The notes under the pieces were generated by a model. It was not told the origin of the DNA and made no database searches. It worked only from the letters and a program-made list of their open reading frames with translations. Made by a program: the position numbers and the translations under genes. Below are positions 42,481 to 53,104 of a stretch of 64,000 nucleotides of DNA, piece after piece. The DNA is from Chamaesiphon sp. (GTDB taxonomy: Bacteria > Cyanobacteriota > Cyanobacteriia > Cyanobacteriales > Chamaesiphonaceae): NCBI GenBank assembly GCA_965246715.1, contig CBDFFH010000015.1, positions 320,001 through 384,000 on the forward strand. Reading direction: 5' to 3'. Numbering within the stretch: position 1 is the first letter of the stretch; every line of letters starts with the position of its first letter.

Positions 42481-42653
42481 ACCACGAATCTGGTGCAGGG
42501 TTCTAAATTTGGGCGGGTTACTTACTCGGAGCAGCCGTTCAGTGGCAAAAGCCTCCTGGTACGAGCAGCGACTCGATCGACCTCACAGTTAGCCAACACC
42601 CGCAATTTCTAGTAGTTACCATCAGCTAATGAACATTAACTGATGGTAACTAC
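42481..42653. ncRNA. Candidate structured non-coding RNA, family and strand not assigned
   Basis: GC-rich long imperfect hairpin (GCGGGT 42513 / ACCCGC 42598; apical GGC-AAAA-GCC) followed by a 20-bp-arm hairpin at 42612-42653, in an ORF-poor intergenic region. Confidence 0.35.
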
Positions 42654-43061
42654 CTCACCCCGTCATTTTGACTGTGAAACCGATCTGGTAGTTCCAAGTT
42701 AGTGACAGATTGAAAAGTCTATCTACAGAATTCCCAATTTTTACATCATTTAGCTCATTGCCGATTTTAGGCGATCGCTTGGAGGAAGAGGATAATCTAG
42801 ACTGAAGTGCGATTGAGACAAATAAACACTGGTTCTACGAATATTTAGCAGCGAGCACTGCTCGATCGGCAAGCATTAATAATGGTAAATAAAAGTAAAG
42901 CTATCTTCGTCAAAACCCGATCCCATCCCTATTTGCCCCATTTTTTCTGTAACATAGAAATCGATAAACCCAAGATCTCATTGTTGAGGCTGCGATCGTC
43001 AGACTCGACTGTGGCGATCGCTAACCCACTCCGACACAGCCCAAGCGGAAAAGGATCGTAA

Positions 43062-44966
43062 GTGAGCAACAAACAATCGGTGTTAAGCGAGTTACTGCGG
43101 CAAATGCCCCAACTGAAATCGCACTTGTACTTTAAATCGTCTCTCACTGCTCTATCTCACGCAATGGAAGATCGGGTCTTGGCAGGTACGGATCGGCCAT
43201 TGCTAATTGCCAGTTTTCAGCAGGAAAAGTTTTATCGGCAAGAAGCGCATCGATATCGGCGACTGGGCGAAATTAGCGAACAGGTGTATGTTCTCGCCGC
43301 CCCAGATACCCAATTTAGCGATCGCGGACAGGAATATGAATTGGTACCATTCGAGCGAACCGATGCGCTAGCTCACGAGTGGCATTTAGTTGCAATCGGT
43401 GCTCAGTCAGCAGCTTGTTTGATCTGTCGCGAAAAAATTGTCACTCAGTCAGAAGTCTCGGTCTTGCCAGAAATCGATCCGTCCCGCAGGTTTGAAGGAA
43501 TTTGGACATTCGATCGACAGGTAACGATTGCCGCAGCACATATCTTACTCGATCGCATTGGCAGTTATCGTCCCGATCTGGCAGCTAAAATCGCCCAGGC
43601 CAAGCAAGAATTTCTGATCGCTGTTCCTACAGTGCCACTCGACCATTCTGCCAGTGCAGATGCCTTTGTGCAGCGCCTGGTGACATATTTACAGGCCAGA
43701 CAGTATAAGTTGCTCAAGGCATATCGCGCGATCGAAGAAAAAGAAGAACGCGAACGACTGGTAAATTCGATCGCCAGTGCGATTCGGCGTTCGCTCAACT
43801 CCGCCGATATTCTCCAGATTGCCGCGCAGGAGCTAGGTAAAGCTACGGGCGTCAGTCGGTGTACGATCTATCAGTACCGCAAAGACGATCGCACCATCAC
43901 GATCGAACATGAATATCTAGCCGATCTGCAGTTGCCATCTTTGCTGGGTAAATCTTGGAACCTCGCCGACAATCCTCTCTTCAAAGCGATGGTCAAGACG
44001 CACGCATCGACTGCCTTGGCTGAAGTAACGATCTCCAAAACTTGGCAAAAGACGATCTCGAAACTCGGCATTACCGATTTACTAATCGTCCCAGTACTCC
44101 ATCAGGATCGGATCTTGGGGACGATCGAATTGCACAAAAACGATCCCTCATCGCTACCTTGGTCTGACGATACCATTTCGCTAGTCGAAGCGATCGCCAC
44201 TCAAATCGGTAGCACGCTAATTCAAGCCGAATCTTATACCAATTTAGAATATCTCAACCAGCAACTCGAAGCCCTCGATCGCACTCGGGCCAATTTAGTC
44301 GCCATTACCGGACACGAACTGCGAACGCCCCTATCGACGATCCAAGTCTGCCTAGAAAGTCTCGCCACCGAGCCAGATATGTCTTTAGAATTGCGGCAAG
44401 TCATGCTCAATACTGCCCTCGGCGATGCCGAGCGGATGCGGAAACTCGTCCAAGATTTTCTGACCCTCTCACAACTCGAAAGCGGTCGAATTCAATGGCA
44501 TCCCGAACCGCTATCCTTGGAAGAATGTATCGACTTAGCTCTAAGCGGCTTAAATACGCGACGGTACGATCGCGATTTACCAAAAATTGCTGTCAAGATT
44601 CCGGCGAATCTACCGTTCGTACGCGCAGATGGGGAATGGTTGGTGGAAGTGCTAACTAAATTGCTGGACAATGCCTGTAAATTTACCAACGGTAAAGATC
44701 GAATTAATATCGAAGCCTGTCGGGGTGAATCGACGATCGAAGTAATTGTCTCCGATACCGGACGCGGCATCGCCACAGAATCTTTGCAAGTTATCTTCGA
44801 GCGGTTTTATCAAGCCGAAGGCTCGTTGCGGCGGACGGCGGGAGGGACTGGCTTGGGACTAGCGATCTGTCGGCAAATTGTCACTAGTTGGGGTGGTGAA
44901 ATTTGGGCGGAATCAGCCGGCAAAGATCGGGGCAGTCAGTTTCACTTTACAGTGCCATCGATCTAG
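43062..44966 (+). CDS. DICT-GAF sensor histidine kinase
   Basis: YFKSSLTALSHAMED...ASFQQEKFYRQE (DICT), GAF, GHELRTPL, LLDNACKF, DTGRGI, GGTGLGL. Confidence 0.92.
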   Translation: MSNKQSVLSELLRQMPQLKSHLYFKSSLTALSHAMEDRVLAGTDRPLLIASFQQEKFYRQEAHRYRRLGEISEQVYVLAAPDTQFSDRGQEYELVPFERTDALAHEWHLVAIGAQSAACLICREKIVTQSEVSVLPEIDPSRRFEGIWTFDRQVTIAAAHILLDRIGSYRPDLAAKIAQAKQEFLIAVPTVPLDHSASADAFVQRLVTYLQARQYKLLKAYRAIEEKEERERLVNSIASAIRRSLNSADILQIAAQELGKATGVSRCTIYQYRKDDRTITIEHEYLADLQLPSLLGKSWNLADNPLFKAMVKTHASTALAEVTISKTWQKTISKLGITDLLIVPVLHQDRILGTIELHKNDPSSLPWSDDTISLVEAIATQIGSTLIQAESYTNLEYLNQQLEALDRTRANLVAITGHELRTPLSTIQVCLESLATEPDMSLELRQVMLNTALGDAERMRKLVQDFLTLSQLESGRIQWHPEPLSLEECIDLALSGLNTRRYDRDLPKIAVKIPANLPFVRADGEWLVEVLTKLLDNACKFTNGKDRINIEACRGESTIEVIVSDTGRGIATESLQVIFERFYQAEGSLRRTAGGTGLGLAICRQIVTSWGGEIWAESAGKDRGSQFHFTVPSI

Positions 44967-45063
44967 GGGATCGGGAATAGGGTTTAGGGGATAGGGGATA
45001 GCTCTATCGGCTCTCCAGCAGTTATGGTGATAATTTAAAGTTATCGTTTCCAAACTCTTATCT

Positions 45064-45219
45064 AACCTAAGTTGCTACCTGCATATTGCCAACGACTGAA
45101 GTCGTGGCTAATGTTGCAAAGTCCGCCTACGCGGACTAAATATATCAGTCCGCGTAGGCGGACTTAGTATCATGAGCAGCGGTTTCTAACCGCTGAGGTT
45201 ATCGGCAGCAACTTGGGTT
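45064..45219. mobile_element. MITE-like element, copy B (156 bp; same core as A, different termini)
   Basis: AACCTAAGTTGCT...AGCAACTTGGGTT termini with ATCT direct repeat on both sides; core GCAAAGTCCGCCTACGCGGACT...AGTCCGCGTAGGCGGACTT. Confidence 0.72.
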
Positions 45220-45702
45220 ATCTAACAAGGATTTCACGTTGATGTTTGCAATGAGGCGATCGTCTTAGCGCCATTTTCCCCCATAAATCCAGGAGAGCCG
45301 CTCTATCTAGCTTTTTGATTCTCGATCGGCAAATAATTGCGATGTTTACAAAATGTCTATATATTGTGTGGCTGAAATGGGTAACTACTTTAATCTTATC
45401 TACTCCCTATCCCCTCTTCCCCAGAAAGAAGGATGAAGTATAAAGTCCGAAAGCAAAGTTAAATTGTGCTAGCAGTCTCTATACTTCAGAAAGCATCTAT
45501 CCCCATAGATTCAAGATACCCAGCCGAGTAAGCCAACTAACATCACAAGCGATTCTTAAGATTGAATTTAAATATGTAGTAGCAGGTCTGTAAAGTTGCG
45601 ATTTCTAGCGTAAACTACAAACTTAACAGCGATGATTTTGACCGACCGAGATCGAGCAAAATTATCCCCCCTACCTCTCTATCACCCCCCGATTTCATTG
45701 CT

Positions 45703-47463
45703 ATGACTACTACCCAATCATCGCAGTCCCGTTTTGTCTGGGCTGCCGAGCGGCAAACAACTTGGATTCCCGCTGACAGGCTAGTTGAAAATAGGTATCA
45801 TGTCATCTCGCCCCAATTGTGGTTGGATACCAAGCCGCAAGAGCCGCCAGATATATTACTGCCATTACCGAGTCAAGCCTTAGCTTACGCGCAACTGTAT
45901 CGATACAAACTCCATTTGCCACAACTTCACGGCTTTTGTTCTCTCAAAAGATCCGGTGAAGCACTTGAAATTCCGCTACTCGAAAATATTCCGATCGATC
46001 TAGATGGCAAATTGTTACCCAGTCTAGTTGATGCCTGGAGTACGGCAACACCACTTTATCAAGCATACTGGTTGTGGCAGGCGATCGATCTATGGGCACC
46101 GCTAGCTGGGACGGGTGTATTGGCGAGCTTAGCAGTAATGGACAATCTCCGCATCGATGGTTGGCGCTTGCGCCTATGCGAATTGATCCCAGATCGGGCA
46201 ACAGATCCTAAAGTCACGCTCGCGAAAGTCGGAATGTTGTGGTTGCAAACCCTCATCGGGGTCGCACCTGCAATTGACGAACGACTACGCGCTTTACTGA
46301 CTAAAATGCAAGCAGGAAAAGCTTCTTTGCGCGAGGTCTCCTACGAACTAAACCGCTTCATGCTCGAACAAGCCGCACAGTTACCCCTAGAATGGCAGAT
46401 TGCTGGCGGTACGGATGCCGGAGCCGCCCACACACATAATGAAGATTCTTATTACCCAACTCCCTTAGAACTGGCACAAGATACTACTGGGGGCAAAATT
46501 GCAATTATCTGCGATGGAGTTGCTGGACATGAAGGGGGTGAAGTTGCCAGTCAAATGGCCGTCAAATTACTTAAAATCCAAACCCAAATTTTGGTTGAGG
46601 ATCTGACAAACAGCCAGGAAATTATCACGCCCGAACAGATATGTAACACGATCGCGGCAATTATTCGGGTAGTTAATAATACGATTACCGTCCAAAATCA
46701 AAGTCAAGGACGCGAAGCACGGCGACGGATGGGAACGACGATGGTGATGGCTATGCAAGTCAACCAGCAGATTTATAACGATAACGGGGTTGGTAATTCA
46801 CATGAAATTTACATCGCGCATGTCGGCGATAGTAGGGCATACTGGATTACACCCGATCGCTGTCAATTACTGACGATCGATGATGATATCGCCACGCGCG
46901 AAGTCAAGCAAGGTCGAGATGTCCCCTGGCATAGTGCCAGCCGCCCCGACGCGACCGCGCTGACGCAAGCTTTGGGCATGAAGGAGGGAGAGATGATCCA
47001 TCCCACCGTCCAGCGCTTTATGGCGATCGAAGATGGGATCTTACTATTATGTTCTGATGGTTTGAGCGATCGCAATCTCGTGGAAAGCTCGTGGCAAGAA
47101 TACGCCCATCAGATCTTCGACACCGGTATCCCCCTCACCGAAGCAGTCCAATCTTGGCTGGCATTAGCCCACCAAAAAAATGGCGATGATAATATCTCGT
47201 TAGTGTTGATGTCTTGTCAGGTATCCCCGCCGAAATCGCATCACCACAGCAGTAAGATGGTAAAAGTCCAGCGAGATGAGTCGGAATTAGCTCGATCGGG
47301 TTCAGGCTCAAGATCGTTCGGTAATGTCGCAATCTCAACAATTCTACTGGTAGCAGGGGCGGTCGGATTACTAGCAGCAATGGTATTTGCCACTGGTGTG
47401 CTCCGTCCGGATGTGATGAAAACCGACAACGATACGCCCGAGCGAATCGATCGCCAAAAGTAG
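45703..47463 (+). CDS. PP2C-family Ser/Thr phosphatase with degenerate kinase-like N-terminus and C-terminal TM helix
   Basis: HNEDS, IICDGVAGHEGGEVAS, MGTT, HVGDSRAY, LCSDGL, GDDNIS. Confidence 0.9.
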   Translation: MTTTQSSQSRFVWAAERQTTWIPADRLVENRYHVISPQLWLDTKPQEPPDILLPLPSQALAYAQLYRYKLHLPQLHGFCSLKRSGEALEIPLLENIPIDLDGKLLPSLVDAWSTATPLYQAYWLWQAIDLWAPLAGTGVLASLAVMDNLRIDGWRLRLCELIPDRATDPKVTLAKVGMLWLQTLIGVAPAIDERLRALLTKMQAGKASLREVSYELNRFMLEQAAQLPLEWQIAGGTDAGAAHTHNEDSYYPTPLELAQDTTGGKIAIICDGVAGHEGGEVASQMAVKLLKIQTQILVEDLTNSQEIITPEQICNTIAAIIRVVNNTITVQNQSQGREARRRMGTTMVMAMQVNQQIYNDNGVGNSHEIYIAHVGDSRAYWITPDRCQLLTIDDDIATREVKQGRDVPWHSASRPDATALTQALGMKEGEMIHPTVQRFMAIEDGILLLCSDGLSDRNLVESSWQEYAHQIFDTGIPLTEAVQSWLALAHQKNGDDNISLVLMSCQVSPPKSHHHSSKMVKVQRDESELARSGSGSRSFGNVAISTILLVAGAVGLLAAMVFATGVLRPDVMKTDNDTPERIDRQK

Positions 47464-47493
47464 CACTAAAATGTTTGATATTGGCACTGTTAT

Positions 47494-47523
47494 TTCGATC
47501 GATAGTAATTATTATCGATCGAA
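47494..47523. terminator. Hairpin between convergent genes, built from TCGATCGA units
   Basis: TTCGATCGATA-gtaattat-TATCGATCGAA. Confidence 0.45.
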
Positions 47524-47524
47524 T

Positions 47525-48442
47525 TTACAACTTATAAGCTCGATAAATTTTACTCGCAGCACGGTGTAAGAAAGAGTGCCGATAGACTAAACTATTCATG
47601 TCTTCCGCATACCCACCACCAATAACGCAGGCGACTGGACAGCCTCGTGAAACACAAGTATCGAGTACTTGTAAATCGCGATCGAAAATCCCATTATCTG
47701 TCAGTGCCAATTTCCCCAATCGATCGTTGATGTGCGGATCTACACCCGCATCATATAATACTAAATCCGGTTTTACCTGTGCAAGTAAATCCGGTAAATA
47801 CTCAGCTAAGGTTTTTAAATACTCTTTATCCTCCATCCCTTCTGGGAGTGGCACATCAAGATCGCTAGTTTGCTTAGTACCTGGGAAATTGACCCCACAG
47901 TGCATCGAGAAGGTAAACACACTCGGATCGCGTTGAAAAATCGCCGCCGTACCATCGCCTTGATGGACATCGAGATCGACGATCAGAATTTTTTTGACTA
48001 AGTCAGATTGTTGTAATACACGGGAAGCAATCGCCAGATCGTTAAAGATACAAAACCCCGAACCATAGGTAGGGAAAGCATGATGCGTTCCACCTGCCGT
48101 ATTACAAGCTAAGCCATATTCCAATGCTAATTTCGCAGTGAGAATCGAACCACCCAAGGCAATCCGAGTCCGATTGACTAACTCCGCACTCCAAGGTAAT
48201 CCAATCCGGCGCTGTGCTTTGGGGTCTAACGTTCCGGTATAGTAAGCCTGAATATAAGCAGGATCGTGGACTAATTCTAACCACTCTGTCGGTGGTAATG
48301 TCGGCGTAAATACTCGATCGAGTGTCGTTACCCCATCTGCAAGTAATAAGTCATGCAACAGCCGAAATTTTGCCATCGGAAAGCGATGACTATCTGGCAA
48401 CGGCGTAACATAATCAGCATGATAGACGATCGGGACAGACAA
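47525..48442 (-). CDS. Histone deacetylase-family protein
   Basis: HRFPMAKF, GGTHHA, GFCIFND, DLDVHQGDGT, GVD, GGGY. Confidence 0.93.
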   Translation of the reverse strand: MSVPIVYHADYVTPLPDSHRFPMAKFRLLHDLLLADGVTTLDRVFTPTLPPTEWLELVHDPAYIQAYYTGTLDPKAQRRIGLPWSAELVNRTRIALGGSILTAKLALEYGLACNTAGGTHHAFPTYGSGFCIFNDLAIASRVLQQSDLVKKILIVDLDVHQGDGTAAIFQRDPSVFTFSMHCGVNFPGTKQTSDLDVPLPEGMEDKEYLKTLAEYLPDLLAQVKPDLVLYDAGVDPHINDRLGKLALTDNGIFDRDLQVLDTCVSRGCPVACVIGGGYAEDMNSLVYRHSFLHRAASKIYRAYKL

Positions 48443-48493
48443 GGGAATTATGAGTTATGAGTTAAAGAGCTATTAGTAAAGACAGATATAATT

Positions 48494-48718
48494 AACGTCA
48501 GCACGGGTTAAGGATGTTGGCTTCGTTCTGGTACCGCCAACGATTAAAATCGTGGCTAGTGTTGCAAAGTCCGCCTTCGCGGACTGGAATATTAGTCTGC
48601 GAAGCGAAAAGTGCGGTCTTGGGGTTTCCCCAAGTAAAGCACCTTTTCAAGACAGGCAGACTTTGCATCATGAGCAGAGACTTCAGTCTCTAGGCTCTTC
48701 TCGACCCGAATTCACATT
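48494..48718. mobile_element. MITE-like element, copy C (copy A plus a 51-bp nested insertion at 48605-48655)
   Basis: Colinear with copy A, with degenerate termini flanked by AATT; insertion contains the hairpin CTTGGGGTTTCCCCAAG. Confidence 0.8.
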
Positions 48719-48729
48719 AATTAATTACT

Positions 48730-49266
48730 CTACACTGCTGCGTTTGAATCGATCGGTCGGACAAAATTTAGAAGAATCCGAACGTTAGTACTCATCAATC
48801 CAAAAATAATCAGACAGGCGCGCAAGCAATTTTTCCAGAGATGCTGTTTTGCTTCGATCGATGAAGTTGAAACATCTACAGTATCAAGATATCGATCGGC
48901 TGCTACTCCAACTTCCATAGGTGGAAAGATAAAGGTAGAGACAAATGCAAACACAAAAGCAAGTATCCCCAGGTTAAAGATCCAGTTCCATCGATCGTTT
49001 TTTAATCTAAACTCTGGGATTTCTTTCGCTACATTACTCAGCCACACATTTGCTACAAAAATAGGTAATGCGATAAAATAGGCAACCTTTATGACTTGAG
49101 GCTCGATCGTAAATTGCAGTGGATCGAAATAAAGTTTAAATCCAAATAGTAATAGCACCCCGATCGCTGACAAAACATATACGATCGAACTAAAAACTAG
49201 CAGCGTTAAAGATATGACTTTAATTTTATTTAGGTCGATCGGCATAGGGATTTTAGTTTGAAGCAA
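48730..49266 (-). CDS. Hypothetical membrane protein
   Basis: ORF of about 170 aa with about four hydrophobic segments; AT-rich; start uncertain. Confidence 0.6.
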   Translation of the reverse strand: MLQTKIPMPIDLNKIKVISLTLLVFSSIVYVLSAIGVLLLFGFKLYFDPLQFTIEPQVIKVAYFIALPIFVANVWLSNVAKEIPEFRLKNDRWNWIFNLGILAFVFAFVSTFIFPPMEVGVAADRYLDTVDVSTSSIEAKQHLWKNCLRACLIIFGLMSTNVRILLNFVRPIDSNAAV

Positions 49267-49575
49267 TATAGATTAGACTTGACAACAGTAACATAGTCGG
49301 GATGCTCGCGATTGGAATTGGTACATTCCCGAATGGATGCTAGCCCAACTCGATCGCAAAAATCCCAAAACTCTTCACCAGGCTTGCGATGGCGTTCAAA
49401 ATCATGCGTTAGGTTGGGCGATCTAAAAAATTAGCTACTAAATTGAGATCGATAGGCATCGATCCAGATGAGGAGTGAAGATCGACATTTTTGCTGTTGA
49501 GTTTGTATGGCTGATTCCTGTCTGTTATATTTAAGGTTCAATAACTTTAACGTCTTAAGCGTTTAGGGGAGCTTC

Positions 49576-49800
49576 ATGGACATCACAACCACTCTAAAAC
49601 AAATCGTTGCGCTGGATATCCAAGATCGAATTCGCCTAGTACAAGGCATCTTAGATAGTATTGCGGCAGAACAAGTCGATCTCGATCTTACAGAAGCCCA
49701 AAAGCAGGAACTCGATCGACGAATTGATGATTATGAAGCAAATCCTGATAATGTCATGACTTGGGCAGAAGTTAAAGCTTCGATTAAGGCACGAGCATGA
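49576..49800 (+). CDS. Addiction-module antitoxin (TIGR02574-like)
   Basis: RIRLVQ.ILDSI...LTEAQKQELDRR......WAEVKA; ATGA overlap with the toxin gene. Confidence 0.88.
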   Translation: MDITTTLKQIVALDIQDRIRLVQGILDSIAAEQVDLDLTEAQKQELDRRIDDYEANPDNVMTWAEVKASIKARA

Positions 49801-50093
49801 ATTATGTATTGGTGTTCCGCTTAGAAGCTCGTAAAGAACTTGATGAAGTGTATATCTGGTATGAAAGTCAGCAACCAGGGCTAGGTGATGATTTTTTAGA
49901 GCAGGTTGAAGGGGTATTAGATCGAATTTGCCAGATGCCAGAGTCTTATCCTGCTGTTTATCGTGATATTCGGCGATCGATCGTGCGCCGCTTTCCCTAC
50001 ACTATTTACTATCGGATCGTATCGAGCCGAGTGATAATTACCGCAGTCTTTCATGGGCGCAGAGATCCAACAACTTGGCAGGCTCGAACCTAG
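49797..50093 (+). CDS. RelE/ParE-family toxin
   Basis: EARKELDE..IWYESQQPGLG..F, RRFPY.IYY, AVFHGRRDP. Confidence 0.9.
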   Translation: MNYVLVFRLEARKELDEVYIWYESQQPGLGDDFLEQVEGVLDRICQMPESYPAVYRDIRRSIVRRFPYTIYYRIVSSRVIITAVFHGRRDPTTWQART

Positions 50094-50148
50094 CAATCTA
50101 ATTGACATCCACCTATTGACGCTCCCCCGCAGTTAGGGTTCATGAAAC

Positions 50149-50589
50149 TTGTGTATGAATGGATTTAGATTACATGCAGTTGGCGAATTTTTTGATGTAG
50201 ATCGTTATCTAAGTCAATATAGCATTGACTATAATTCTATTTGGCATAGTGGGAAGAATTTATATACTAGTAGTGGCTTTGTCAAGTATCTTGGTAATGA
50301 ATTTAAATTAGATATTTACGAACAAGAAACGATTGCAATTAAATACCTACAACAAAATCGAGATGCGTTAAAGGCAGTAGTAGAGTGGGAAAATGTAGAA
50401 GCTGTCATCTTAGGTATAAGTCCAGAACTTCGGATTGACTCAAATACATGCTCTATATGTCTGTCTTTTTCTCCAATGCTTGTGAATTTAGCGGGGGAGA
50501 TTGGGTTGGAATTAGCTTTTTATGTAAGACCGTCTATCTCATATGATTATGAGTATGAGGTTGAAAGGATGCAAGGGGGTTGGCAATAA
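50149..50589 (+). CDS. Hypothetical protein (AT-rich orphan)
   Basis: ORF of about 145 aa downstream of the toxin; likely start ATG 50155. Confidence 0.6.
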   Translation: MCMNGFRLHAVGEFFDVDRYLSQYSIDYNSIWHSGKNLYTSSGFVKYLGNEFKLDIYEQETIAIKYLQQNRDALKAVVEWENVEAVILGISPELRIDSNTCSICLSFSPMLVNLAGEIGLELAFYVRPSISYDYEYEVERMQGGWQ

Positions 50590-50604
50590 TACTCAACAGC
50601 CATC

Positions 50605-50639
50605 AAATTACCCTCTCCCGGTTTTGAAGAGGGTAATTT
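50605..50639. terminator. Bidirectional terminator-like hairpin between convergent genes
   Basis: AAATTACCCTCT...AGAGGGTAATTT. Confidence 0.65.
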
Positions 50640-50647
50640 TAACATCT

Positions 50648-52393
50648 CTAATGCTTACAAACTTCGCGAATGGATGCTAGCCCAACCCGATCGCAAAAAT
50701 CACCAAAACCTTCATCTGGCTTACGATCCTGCTTGAAGTAAGTCAGCATCGGTGTGAAGAAAGTTTCGAGATCGTTGATGTGCATCTTGTCGGTGTAGAC
50801 TTGCGCCAACCGCGTTTGTGCGGGACAGCCAGCCAACCATACCTGATAGGTTTCGGGGACGATCCCCACGAAGCCGACTTCTGCCATGTACGGACGCGCG
50901 CAACCGTTGGGGCAACCCGTCATCCGAATTACAAATTGCTCGTCAGTCAAACCTAATTTAGTCAGCAAGGCACGGAAACGCTCGTTGACGCTAGGAGCAA
51001 CCCGCTCGGATTCGGTGACGGCTAAACCGCAGGTAGGTAGGGCTGGGCAAGCCATCGAGTAACGGATGAGGCTATCGATTTTGCTGGGATCTGGCTCGAC
51101 ACCGTGGGTAATTAAAATTTTATCGATTTTAGCGCGATCGGCTGGATCGATATCGTACATTAGCACGTTTTGATGGGGTGTCACCCGCATCGGCATTTGA
51201 TACTGTTGGACGAGTTCGCGCAATGCAGTACGTAGCTTGAACGCACCATCATCTTTGATCCGTCCGTTGACGATCGATAAACCCAAGAATACCTTACCGT
51301 CCCCCTGTTCGTGCCAGCCCAAGAAGTCTAGATATTTGAAGGCTGGTAATGATTTGAGAGGTTCGATTTTTTTGCCGTAATATTCTTCGACTTTGGCGAT
51401 GAATTTTTCCACGCCCCAATCGTGGATCAGATACTTCATCCGTGCGTGACGGCGGTTGGTACGATCTCCATAATCGCGTTGGGTAGACACGATCGCTTTA
51501 ACTAGATCGTAGATATCATCTTTAGCGACATACCCGATCGGATCGGCAATTCTAGCAAATGTTTCTTCTTTATTATGCGTACGTCCTAATCCGCCACCAG
51601 CATAAATATTGAAGCCCAAAAGTTCGCTCTTGTCGTCGGTAATTACTACCAATCCCAAATCTTGGGAAAAAATATCGATCGAGTTATCGCCAGGTACCGT
51701 CACCGCACATTTAAACTTGCGGGGCATGTATTCAGCACCGTATAGCGGTTCTTCACCCTCAGTAAAAATGGTGTGGTTGAGATCTTTTTTCAGTGCGGCT
51801 TTGACTTCTGGGGATGGTTCGCCACTGATAGCTTTCTCGCCATCCAACCAGATCTCGTAATAAGCACCAGAATGCGGTGTGAGCAGATCGGCGATCCGCT
51901 CGCCATACTCGCGCGCATAGGTATACTCTGGCTTAGTATTAAATGGAGCTGGTGGAGTCATCACATTCCGGCTGACATCCCCGCACGCACCGAGGGTAGA
52001 ACCCATGTTCTGGACGATCGCCGCAATCGCTGGTTTGAGATTTTTCTTGAGGATGCCGTGCATCTGGAAGCCCTGGCGGGTAGTCGCGCGGATCGTCTCA
52101 TTACCGTAATCGCTCGCCAATCGATCGAGTGCCAAATATAGTTGTGGGGGAATAAATCCGCCCGGATTGCGCGTCCGCAGCATCATCGAGTAATCTTTTT
52201 CCTGTCCCTTGACACGGTTATCGCGATTATCTTGCTGGTAGGAACCGTGAAATTTGAGAATCTGAATCGCGTCTTCGCTGAAATAATTTGTATCTAATAG
52301 TAGTTCGCTAGCAACAGGTTCCCGCAGATAGTTACTGTCTGTCTTTAAATGTTCTACTTTAGAAAGCTTTTTTGGGGAGGAAGTATTAACCAT
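50648..52393 (-). CDS. sir: Ferredoxin-dependent sulfite reductase
   Basis: [52 protein letters not shown]. Confidence 0.95.
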   Translation of the reverse strand: MVNTSSPKKLSKVEHLKTDSNYLREPVASELLLDTNYFSEDAIQILKFHGSYQQDNRDNRVKGQEKDYSMMLRTRNPGGFIPPQLYLALDRLASDYGNETIRATTRQGFQMHGILKKNLKPAIAAIVQNMGSTLGACGDVSRNVMTPPAPFNTKPEYTYAREYGERIADLLTPHSGAYYEIWLDGEKAISGEPSPEVKAALKKDLNHTIFTEGEEPLYGAEYMPRKFKCAVTVPGDNSIDIFSQDLGLVVITDDKSELLGFNIYAGGGLGRTHNKEETFARIADPIGYVAKDDIYDLVKAIVSTQRDYGDRTNRRHARMKYLIHDWGVEKFIAKVEEYYGKKIEPLKSLPAFKYLDFLGWHEQGDGKVFLGLSIVNGRIKDDGAFKLRTALRELVQQYQMPMRVTPHQNVLMYDIDPADRAKIDKILITHGVEPDPSKIDSLIRYSMACPALPTCGLAVTESERVAPSVNERFRALLTKLGLTDEQFVIRMTGCPNGCARPYMAEVGFVGIVPETYQVWLAGCPAQTRLAQVYTDKMHINDLETFFTPMLTYFKQDRKPDEGFGDFCDRVGLASIREVCKH

Positions 52394-52546
52394 ACTGAAT
52401 TTAGGGATACTGGCAGGCAGAGATCTAGTCTATCGCAATCCCACAAATGAGATTTACATGCCTCTATTATTTTAACGATTTAGGGGGTGAGAGAGAGGAC
52501 AGGGAATAGGAAATGGGGCTTTTGTCTATCGATCGAGATTATGAGC

Positions 52547-52792
52547 CTAATTATGTGGCGATGTTGCTGCACCGATCGAGATCGGAGTCCCAGCGGCGAT
52601 TGGATCCGGTAAGGCTCGCCCTTGAATTCGATATTCCTCAATTAGCAGTTCTAATACCTCTTCACCATGTTGGATTGCTTCGGCGTAGGTACTACCATGC
52701 GTATGCACTCGATCGCCAAATTCAGGTAGGCTGACCATGTAGATTTCATCTTCGATCGACCATTGAATAACCATGCTATATGGCGGTTTCAT
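52547..52792 (-). CDS. hicB: HicB-family antitoxin
   Basis: YSMVIQWS.ED..Y.VSLPEF....THG.TY.EA. Confidence 0.88.
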   Translation of the reverse strand: MKPPYSMVIQWSIEDEIYMVSLPEFGDRVHTHGSTYAEAIQHGEEVLELLIEEYRIQGRALPDPIAAGTPISIGAATSPHN

Positions 52793-53007
52793 TCTGGATC
52801 TCCTTCTTCGAGCGTTGCTAAATCTTGCAATGCGCTACGCACATCTTGTTCCTGATATCTTTGAGCATCAGCACCATCTCGACCGGATAAAATAATGCTG
52901 TAATCCAGATTTGGGTGGCTCCAAACTGTATGGCTACCTTTACCAGAACGATAAGAAAAGCCAGCACTTAGTAATGTAGATTTAAGTTCTCGAACTTTTT
53001 GTGGCAT
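52789..53007 (-). CDS. hicA: HicA-family toxin
   Basis: L..AGF....GKGSH.VW.HP; 4-nt overlap with hicB. Confidence 0.88.
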   Translation of the reverse strand: MPQKVRELKSTLLSAGFSYRSGKGSHTVWSHPNLDYSIILSGRDGADAQRYQEQDVRSALQDLATLEEGDPE

Positions 53008-53104
53008 GGATACCGACTCAATCTATCTCTCAGATTAACACGATTACCTCTGGTAGGCTGCGCCAACGCTAGCGGATTATACTGGATAGAACAGTCTCAG
53101 TACA

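Noticed and set aside
42481..42653. Calling the structured region 6S RNA or a c-di-AMP/guanidine riboswitch
   Set aside because: The conserved motifs I know for those families are not convincingly present; left unassigned
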